Positions 1 through 5,920 of a stretch of 10,290 bases of DNA are shown one piece after another. This stretch comes from a virus. Both the position numbers and the translations under genes were made by a program. Location of the stretch: UHGV virus genome UHGV-1550242; one strand, 5' to 3'. Numbering within the stretch: position 1 is the stretch's first letter; each line of letters begins with the position of its first letter. The notes below the pieces were generated by a model, which was not told the origin of the DNA, made no database searches, and saw only the letters and a program-made list of their open reading frames with translations.

Positions 1-161
1 CTTTTCAGATTACCTTTCAAGAAAACCTTCTCAGAACCTGAAAGAGATGAATTGTCAATTAACCTGTTCATTCTCTCAAACAACTTCTGTTTACGGTTCT
101 TGATAGTTTCCTTTGAAGCACCTTTCATCATCGCTGCATGGGTTCTTCCACGGTGGCTCAT
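1..161 (-). CDS. Hypothetical protein, 5' part only (gene continues past the left edge of the window)
   Basis: Not in the ORF track because it has no stop in the window. ATG at 161..159 on the minus strand is preceded by GGAGGG with 4-nt spacing (plus-strand 165-170 ccctcc). My manual translation gives MSHRGRTHAAMMKGASKETIKNRKQKLFERMNRLIDNSSLSGSEKVFLKGNLK... with no stop up to position 1. It lies directly downstream of the HNH gene on the same strand. I recognise no family. Confidence 0.4.
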   Translation of the reverse strand, partial: MSHRGRTHAAMMKGASKETIKNRKQKLFERMNRLIDNSSLSGSEKVFLKGNLK

Positions 162-212
162 AAGCCCTCCTATACAAGATACAGTATAAGGTACTCTTCC
201 CTGAGCACCTTG

Positions 213-725
213 TCAACTTAGTTTTGCAAACTCTCCGTGGAGTTTAATAGCAGCTTCACAGTAAGCTTTATGGGCTTCTTCTTCCGTTGTGTATGTCCCT
301 ATATGCACTGTCTTGCCATTATGGTTAATCTGTGCTTTCCACTTACCAGATTTGCTTCTACTTGTACCTTTCAAGTTTTTTGATGTTCTAGGTTGTCTCC
401 TATTAGACATATTCTGTTCTTTTGTGGCCTCTCTAAGATTGTCCCAAGCATTATTCAAACCATCTCCATCTTTGTGGTCAATGTGTTTATCAGGCCACTT
501 ACCTGTCATCCAGAACCAAGCAATTCGGTGATTGCCTGTCCTGTATCCTAAAATCTGTGTGTGCATATACACACCAGACCTTGTGCGCTTAATTGCTCCG
601 GCTTGGCTTCCAATAACCACCCTACTACTATGTGGAGGTCTGCTAATCCATGTTAAGACCCCTGTTTCGGGGTCATAATCTAACCAAGATTTTAACTGTT
701 CATGTGTGAATCCACAATCTCTCAT
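213..725 (-). CDS. HNH homing endonuclease with N-terminal NUMOD4-like motif, HNH_3-type nuclease motif and C-terminal AP2-type DNA-binding domain
   Basis: Track ORF 213..728. I prefer the ATG at 725..723 over the TTG at 728..726. Translation shows LDYDPETGVLTWI (NUMOD4-like), HRIAW...HIDHKDGDGLNNAWDNLREAT (HNH_3-type motif) and SGKWKAQINHNGKTVHIGTYTTEEEAHKAY (AP2-like). GAGGT lies 6 nt upstream of the ATG, inside the polymerase 3' end. The ATG overlaps the polymerase TGA stop by 1 nt (TGATG). Confidence 0.85.
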   Translation of the reverse strand: MRDCGFTHEQLKSWLDYDPETGVLTWISRPPHSSRVVIGSQAGAIKRTRSGVYMHTQILGYRTGNHRIAWFWMTGKWPDKHIDHKDGDGLNNAWDNLREATKEQNMSNRRQPRTSKNLKGTSRSKSGKWKAQINHNGKTVHIGTYTTEEEAHKAYCEAAIKLHGEFAKLS

Positions 726-3424
726 CAATGTACCTCATACCACGACTTACCAACCTTACCAGTACCAGTTACCAGTGTTTCACTCTTTAGCCCTAAGTTC
801 TTAGAGGCTTGTCCGTAATACCAATCAGTGACAGCCTTCACCTCTGCCGTCATACTTTCTGGGCATTCCCAACTTGTCTCGTCGTGATAGGAGCACAATA
901 AACGAGCACCAATAGCTGGTTTACGCCCATTTAACTTCATCAAGCCTTCGTCAATCATACGACGGCAAGCAAGGTTAATTGCCTCATTTTGAATCTGAGC
1001 CTCTGAACCCATGAGCAAATAATTCAACAACTTATGTGGAGATTTACACCACAACCAAGCTCCAGCAACCTTTACAAAACCCCCTTTAGAGATTGCAGCA
1101 GTCTTACCAAACACCTCTTCAAGTGCCTTTTTAGTTGCTTTGTAGTCAGCTTCCAAGTCATCTAACAGCTTCTTAATTTTAGGCAAACGGATAAAGTAAG
1201 TCTGTTTAGTCAGCGCACCTTCCTGAGTAGTTGCAGCCTTAATCGTCTTAGCAAACTTCTCATCACCTGCACCGAACAGCAGTGCATAGATACCATTCTT
1301 AGCTTTCTTACGGCCTTTGCTAATCTCATGAAGAAGATTCTCATCCTGAGTAGCTCGACAAGTCAAGATATCCTGCTCATCATTCAAGCTAAAGTAAATA
1401 CTGTTCAATGTATGTGCATCAGTCCCTGAATAGACAACGTACAGGTCATTCTCAGAGTCATAGCGAAGGTACTTATCAATCTCTGGGTTGAGGTACTCAT
1501 CAAAATGTTTGCAGTAATAGCGTCCATCTTCTTGACGAATGAACTCAATTTCTTCTTTACCTTGCGTTACCGCTTTGGTGAAGTCTTTATCACCCATAAA
1601 GTTACAAAGAAGAACTAGCTGGGCTGAGTTCATATCTACAGAGACAACGTTAGTACCTTCCTCACAAATCCATACTGCCCTCATTGGTTCCCCATAGACA
1701 GCAGCACCAGACGGTACGTTTACAATACCATATTGTGTCATACGTCCAGTTGAAGTACCAAACACCATTGCACCAGCACTAAGGCGACCATCAGGACGAA
1801 TCTGGTTCAACCAACCTTTTTCATCATCCTTTGAGTTCTCAATAGTTCTGCGTCGGTGCATCAAAGTATAGTACTTAGCAATCTTCTGTCCAAGCTCACC
1901 TTCAATCGTATCATAAGATGATTCAGTAAGTTTTGGTGAAGTACGGATTAAGCAAGGCTCAAGCAAATCTGTGTACTTCTTCACAGACCAGTTATGCTCA
2001 ATGTACTGAACACCTTCATGTTCAACATAACTTAAACCACAACGTTCTACCATCTCCTGCCACTTAGGATGTTTTGTAATCATCTTTTTATTGTCTTTGA
2101 AACGACAAACTTTGACAGGGCGACCATCTGAGTCTTTCTTGTAGTTCCAGTCATCTGGAATCCAACCAACTGATTTCAAGTAGTCTTTAACAACTGCTAC
2201 CTGAGTCATACGAGAAACTTCAAACTCAATTGGTGTATATGGTGCATCAATCAAACCTGTGTAGCGACTCGACTCAAGCTCAAAGTGGTTAACAACATGA
2301 CTGTTATAGTACTTCACAGTTTTAACTGTTTTTACTGGCTTCCAGTCTTTGCATTTCTTACCAATCTTTGCATTCAACTCATTGCAAATTGCACGAGCAT
2401 CCTTCATTGCTACAAAGCCTTCCTTGTACTCTTCACCAGTTACGGAGTTGGTTGGTGTATAGCAATTTCTCTTTTCAATATTAAAAATCTTTGTAGTTGG
2501 CTTACCAAATGGTTTGATTTCGTATGTCTGCATCTCACCGTTACGTACCTGCTGACGGTACTTTGTCTTAGGGTACTTGGTAATTCTCTTCAGTCCATCT
2601 GCATGACCAAATGTTTCAACATACTCATTCCAAGCTTTTGCAAACTCTTCTCCAGTGACTTTACCTTTGGTCTTAATAGTTGGAGGTAAATGTGGTTCAA
2701 CCTCTGAAGCAAGCTCATTAGTCAACTTGTCAAGTTCCTTTACATGGAACTCCATAAGCTCTTTATCAGCTTTCCAACCATTGATAGCTTGCTGGCTCAT
2801 CCAGAAAGATGTTTCTTTAGCTCGCATGTAAGTTTCATAAGTGTCTATACCACACTTCTTAAGCTTGAGATACTCATTATCAAGTGCCCGTTTAGTTTTG
2901 GCGTTAATACGGATATCTTCTACAACACGAGTGAAGATTTCTGCATTCCACACACCCCAATGCTCAATCTCTGGTTTACGAACACCAACACGAGCACCCC
3001 ATGCAGCCAAGCCATGAGCACCTTTATAACCCTTTGGAGTTGGTCTATCCATCCACTGAACACGAGACTGGATAAGAGAGTCCTGAAAGAAATTACTCCA
3101 CGGTTTACACTTTGGATTATCAAAGTTCCATAAATCAGGTGCAATGTGATTGAAAACCCACCAGTCATAACCGAGACCATTATGGATGCAAAGACGTTTT
3201 GCCTTTAACGCAAACTCAATACCTTCACGTAAGCCACCCTTAATGTACTTGGTATACTTGTGACCGAGGATAGGTTCATCTGTAAAGACCCATACAGGCG
3301 GCTCTTCATCGTCAGATTTATAGTCTGCGAAAGCCATTACGTGCACTTTAGTGAACTCAAGGAGTAAACCATCAGTTTCTGTATCACCAACTAAATGTAA
3401 GTTTTTAAAATCTACGTTTTCCAT
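725..3424 (-). CDS. DNA polymerase, family A (T7 gp5-like), with N-terminal 3'-5' proofreading exonuclease domain
   Basis: Track ORF 725..3454. I prefer the internal start at 3424..3422 (MENVDF...) because GAGGGAG sits 5 nt upstream, whereas the ATG at 3454 has no Shine-Dalgarno. Motifs read by eye: Exo I VGDTETDG; GAHGLAAWGARVG (compare T7 GSHALEAWGYRLG); YTPIEFEV (T7 YTPVEHVV); motif A VDMNSAQLVLLCNFM (T7 DASGLELRCLAHFM); motif B RKKAKNGIYALLFGAGDEKF (T7 NAKTFIYGFLYGAGDEK); motif C SYHDETSWEC (T7 WVHDEIQVGC); C-terminus ...GKSWYEVH (T7 ...GPNWAICH). Confidence 0.9.
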   Translation of the reverse strand: MENVDFKNLHLVGDTETDGLLLEFTKVHVMAFADYKSDDEEPPVWVFTDEPILGHKYTKYIKGGLREGIEFALKAKRLCIHNGLGYDWWVFNHIAPDLWNFDNPKCKPWSNFFQDSLIQSRVQWMDRPTPKGYKGAHGLAAWGARVGVRKPEIEHWGVWNAEIFTRVVEDIRINAKTKRALDNEYLKLKKCGIDTYETYMRAKETSFWMSQQAINGWKADKELMEFHVKELDKLTNELASEVEPHLPPTIKTKGKVTGEEFAKAWNEYVETFGHADGLKRITKYPKTKYRQQVRNGEMQTYEIKPFGKPTTKIFNIEKRNCYTPTNSVTGEEYKEGFVAMKDARAICNELNAKIGKKCKDWKPVKTVKTVKYYNSHVVNHFELESSRYTGLIDAPYTPIEFEVSRMTQVAVVKDYLKSVGWIPDDWNYKKDSDGRPVKVCRFKDNKKMITKHPKWQEMVERCGLSYVEHEGVQYIEHNWSVKKYTDLLEPCLIRTSPKLTESSYDTIEGELGQKIAKYYTLMHRRRTIENSKDDEKGWLNQIRPDGRLSAGAMVFGTSTGRMTQYGIVNVPSGAAVYGEPMRAVWICEEGTNVVSVDMNSAQLVLLCNFMGDKDFTKAVTQGKEEIEFIRQEDGRYYCKHFDEYLNPEIDKYLRYDSENDLYVVYSGTDAHTLNSIYFSLNDEQDILTCRATQDENLLHEISKGRKKAKNGIYALLFGAGDEKFAKTIKAATTQEGALTKQTYFIRLPKIKKLLDDLEADYKATKKALEEVFGKTAAISKGGFVKVAGAWLWCKSPHKLLNYLLMGSEAQIQNEAINLACRRMIDEGLMKLNGRKPAIGARLLCSYHDETSWECPESMTAEVKAVTDWYYGQASKNLGLKSETLVTGTGKVGKSWYEVH

Positions 3425-3454
3425 TTTTACTCCCTCTAAAATCATTAACCTCAT

Positions 3455-3681
3455 ACATTACTGCAAAAAATTATAAAAAGCAAGTTGACAATGCACTTGA
3501 CAAGGTGTTAATCTTTGCGAAGTGGGTTTTTACTTAAAAGGTTACTTAACAGTTTAACTATACAGATACTTTAAAACTCTTAAAAGATTATTTAATAGCT
3601 TTTAAAAAGCTTTAAAGTATAACGTATAGAATACGTTAAGATAAAAGATTAAAACTTAATAGTTACTTAAAAGAGGCTTAC
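3455..3681. promoter_or_regulatory. Divergent AT-rich intergenic control region between the leftward polymerase gene and the rightward operon
   Basis: 227 bp of non-coding, very AT-rich sequence between divergent start codons (3424 minus, 3682 plus). Contains tandem TTGACAA boxes (3485-3491 and 3497-3503), a candidate -10 TAATCT at 3509-3514 (18-nt spacing from the first box), a minus-strand TATAAT (plus 3470-3475) upstream of the polymerase start, an 8-bp inverted repeat (3620-3638) and TTACTTAAAAG direct repeats. Exact promoter assignment is uncertain. Confidence 0.5.
3620..3638. promoter_or_regulatory. Inverted repeat TAACGTAT-aga-ATACGTTA (candidate operator or RNA hairpin)
   Basis: Perfect 8-bp arms at 3620-3627 and 3631-3638 with a 3-bp spacer. 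The core contains TAGAAT (3627-3632), the same hexamer used as -10 in the two clear promoters downstream. It lies 44 bp upstream of the ATG at 3682. Confidence 0.3.
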
Positions 3682-4104
3682 ATGCAGAAAATGTTTGTTC
3701 ACCCAGACATAGCTGACTTTGTTAGAGCTTTGCAGAAGTTGGAAGAACTTGACATTGCTGCTCAACGGGAATATGCTCACCATCACAGGAGGATGGTTGA
3801 TATACAACATGAAATAGAGTTGTCTGAAAACTATGAAGATGACTTAAAATGCTCTGTATTTGAGCATATGAAAGATGTTGCTACAGCGAGACGCAAAGCT
3901 AAAGACACAGTTGCTTTACTAGATTCTCTTAAAAAGAGGTTGCAAAGTGGTACAGACCTGTGTAATCTAGCGTCACTGATTAACGATGTTGAAACTTCTT
4001 GGGATAGGCACTATTATCCACGTTCTGAAAAGACACTTGACTTTTCTTCATCCGAAAACTTAAAATGTTCTAGAAAGAAACTTAACCAACTGAGAGAGAA
4101 ATAA
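3682..4104 (+). CDS. Hypothetical protein (140 aa), first gene of the rightward operon
   Basis: Track ORF. AAGAGG at 3671-3676, 5 nt upstream of the ATG. Stop TAA at 4102-4104 lies 1 nt before the next ATG at 4106. No recognisable motif; the sequence looks mostly helical and charged. Confidence 0.6.
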   Translation: MQKMFVHPDIADFVRALQKLEELDIAAQREYAHHHRRMVDIQHEIELSENYEDDLKCSVFEHMKDVATARRKAKDTVALLDSLKKRLQSGTDLCNLASLINDVETSWDRHYYPRSEKTLDFSSSENLKCSRKKLNQLREK

Positions 4105-4105
4105 T

Positions 4106-4906
4106 ATGAATATCGATGTAGAAAAGATGCTTGAAGAGAAAGGTGTTGATGAAGCATTCTTAATCAATGCCGTAGAAAGCATGGCTATGATTCTTCGTGG
4201 TAATAACTACACAGAACAGTTTATGCCTGCAAGCTATAACTTGCCTGAAGACAAGTCTGATAACGGTGCTTTTGCAGAACAGGTTAATATGATGTTGACA
4301 GACACTACACTTGCTCTGGCATCTATTGCGGTTGGTGTTGATGCACTTGCTGAGTTCATTTTTTATGAAATGCAAAAGAATGACTATATCAGGATGTCAG
4401 ACGAAGATAAGGAACTGTTGCTGACTAAGGACACTGATTTCATTATTGATACGCTTATCTCATCAACGAGTGCTGTAATGGCTGCTCTTGAGAAGCGAAT
4501 GGAAGAGAAGTTGTCACGATATGAAAAACTTGATTGGGGTGTAGAAGAACTAAGCCCACGAATCAAAGAGATTATCCAGCAAACTAAAGATTCTTTGGAA
4601 GAAGCTGTTGAAAATGACTCTGTAGCTGATATAGAGCCACTTCAGGTGAAAGTTGCACTGATGATTCCAGCTATCTCTACGATGATGAATATTGTTGCAC
4701 TAATCCAACTTTCACAGATGATGGGTGTGAGTATTGAGTTCATTGAAGAGATGACTGGTGGCGTTAGTATGCAAGCAATCAATGATGTTTTGGTGAACAT
4801 TGGCGCTTCAATCATTGAAGAGAAACTACGCATTAACTTCGGTGATGATTTTGTGAAGCAAATCTCAGCTATGGCTGAAAAAGAGTCTGCTGAGCAACTG
4901 CACTAA
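4106..4906 (+). CDS. Hypothetical strongly acidic protein (266 aa)
   Basis: Track ORF. GAGAGAGAA at 4092-4100 precedes the ATG at 4106. My manual count gives roughly 50 Asp+Glu against roughly 20 Lys+Arg (approximate). Antisense ORFs within it (4160..4375, 4384..4566, 4642..4833) are treated as shadows. No family recognised. Confidence 0.65.
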   Translation: MNIDVEKMLEEKGVDEAFLINAVESMAMILRGNNYTEQFMPASYNLPEDKSDNGAFAEQVNMMLTDTTLALASIAVGVDALAEFIFYEMQKNDYIRMSDEDKELLLTKDTDFIIDTLISSTSAVMAALEKRMEEKLSRYEKLDWGVEELSPRIKEIIQQTKDSLEEAVENDSVADIEPLQVKVALMIPAISTMMNIVALIQLSQMMGVSIEFIEEMTGGVSMQAINDVLVNIGASIIEEKLRINFGDDFVKQISAMAEKESAEQLH

Positions 4907-4924
4907 GTCTTTATAAATCTTACA

Positions 4925-4948
4925 AGCCTCCTTAGTTGGGGGCTTTTT
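4925..4948 (+). terminator. Intrinsic (Rho-independent) terminator hairpin
   Basis: AGCCTCC (4925-4931), loop TTAGTT, GGGGGCT (4938-4944): a 7-bp stem with one G-U pair, followed by TTTT (4945-4948). It lies between the 266-aa gene stop and the dNMP kinase ribosome-binding site. Confidence 0.6.
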
Positions 4949-4967
4949 AGTAATTAAGGGAGATAAA

Positions 4968-5711
4968 ATGAGTAATATTATTGCATTTACTGGAAAGGCA
5001 CGTTCTGGAAAAGACACCTCATGTTCTATTGTGAAGAATATCTTAGAGGATGAATACGGCTATAATGTTGAAGTAATGGCCTTTGCAGACAACCTTAAAC
5101 TATCTGCATCAAAGATATTTGACTTGACTTGGAATGACCTGTACGGTGAAACTAAAGAGACTCCACAGGTTTTTGACTTATCATATCCTGAACTGATGTT
5201 TAAAGTTACGGAAGCTATGGAGTTCACCTTCAGAGATGAACGTTACCATATGGACTTCAAGCTTATGTCAGAGTTAACCGGACGATTAATCATGGAGCTT
5301 AAGAAGGTTGCTAAACCGACTCTATTGACACGTCTGGGGTTTAGTAAAAAGTATAAATTCTCATCAAGACAAATTCAACAGATTTGGGGTACTGAAGTTG
5401 TCCGTAAAGTAATGGGCGACAAGTTCTGGTCTAAAGACCTTGAAAAAAGAATGGTTAGATTCCATGAAATGTGCTCACTTAGAAATCAATATGGTTTTGT
5501 CTTAATCAGTGATTTAAGATTTGACTCTGAAGCTGAATGGCTGAGTAGATTTGCACACCAAACTATTGAAGTAAAAAGAGACAATGTGGACAAAGTTTCA
5601 TCACATGTTTCAGAAAATGGGATTTCTACAAAATATGAGCGTGACATTATTCATAATAATGGTACTCTTGCAGACCTTGAGAACAAGCTAAGAGCCATCA
5701 TTAAAGTTTAA
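4968..5711 (+). CDS. Deoxynucleoside monophosphate kinase (T4 gp1-like P-loop kinase)
   Basis: Track ORF. AAGGGAG 5 nt upstream of the ATG. Walker A IAFTGKARSGKDTS matches T4 gp1 LSGVKRSGKDTT as I recall it. Further collinear similarity: RQIQQIWGTEVV (T4 RRLMQALGTDLI), DLRFDSEAEW (T4 DTRQDHEMDA) and a C-terminal NNGTLADLENKL (T4 NDGSLEELFSKI). Confidence 0.7.
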   Translation: MSNIIAFTGKARSGKDTSCSIVKNILEDEYGYNVEVMAFADNLKLSASKIFDLTWNDLYGETKETPQVFDLSYPELMFKVTEAMEFTFRDERYHMDFKLMSELTGRLIMELKKVAKPTLLTRLGFSKKYKFSSRQIQQIWGTEVVRKVMGDKFWSKDLEKRMVRFHEMCSLRNQYGFVLISDLRFDSEAEWLSRFAHQTIEVKRDNVDKVSSHVSENGISTKYERDIIHNNGTLADLENKLRAIIKV

Positions 5712-5719
5712 AAGAGAGA

Positions 5720-5920
5720 ATGAAGATGAGAGTAAAAGATAATTTTAAAGTTATTGACCATCGTTTAGTGGAACTCTCATCTCTTTCCAATGAGGTAATG
5801 ATTGAACGTCTTAAGAGAGTTGAATCACGAAGGAAAGAGATTGCAGATGAGATTCATGAACTGGACAAGATTGAAAATGGATTGAAGGCAGAACTACAAC
5901 GAAGAGGTGCTAATGTCTAA
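5720..5920 (+). CDS. Hypothetical small protein (66 aa; 64 aa if it starts at the ATG at 5726), predicted coiled coil
   Basis: Track ORF. AGAGAGA directly abuts the ATG at 5720, so the ATG at 5726 may be the real start. The 3' end overlaps the primase-helicase start by 8 nt (ATGTCTAA), suggesting translational coupling. No motif recognised. Confidence 0.45.
   Translation: MKMRVKDNFKVIDHRLVELSSLSNEVMIERLKRVESRRKEIADEIHELDKIENGLKAELQRRGANV

Noticed and set aside
289-531. Plus-strand 80-aa ORF inside the HNH endonuclease gene
   Set aside because: Antisense shadow of a well-supported HNH-AP2 reading frame; no ribosome-binding site.
2285-3180. Plus-strand ORFs 2285..2689 and 2744..3133 and minus-strand ORF 2920..3180 inside the polymerase gene
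   Set aside because: They lie antisense to, or out of frame within, a polymerase reading frame with strong motif support. Their products are hydrophobic and low-complexity, typical of shadow ORFs in AT-rich DNA.
725-3424. Possibility that the extra length of the polymerase reflects an intein or a group I intron
   Set aside because: Polymerase motifs are collinear and uninterrupted in one frame. No intein splice-junction blocks or embedded endonuclease motifs were seen, and the HNH gene lies after the polymerase stop, not within it.
3425-3454. Upstream in-frame ATG at 3454 that would add MRLMILEGVK to the polymerase N-terminus, as drawn in the ORF track
   Set aside because: No Shine-Dalgarno precedes it, whereas the ATG at 3424 has GAGGGAG at ideal spacing, and the protein from 3424 begins right at the conserved exonuclease motif region.
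206-3507. Exact 11-mer TTGACAAGGTG at 3497-3507 (plus) and 216..206 (minus, spanning the HNH stop codon), a possible shared promoter or regulator site
   Set aside because: Neither copy has a -10 element at 16-18 nt spacing. By my rough estimate, exact 11-mer coincidences are expected by chance many times in 10 kb counted on both strands. A third TTGACAAG at 2726-2733 (minus) is simply the codons for Leu-Asp-Lys in the polymerase.
4160-4833. Three minus-strand ORFs (4160..4375, 4384..4566, 4642..4833) within the 266-aa gene
   Set aside because: All are antisense to one continuous plus-strand frame that has a good ribosome-binding site and operon context, and none has a convincing start signal.
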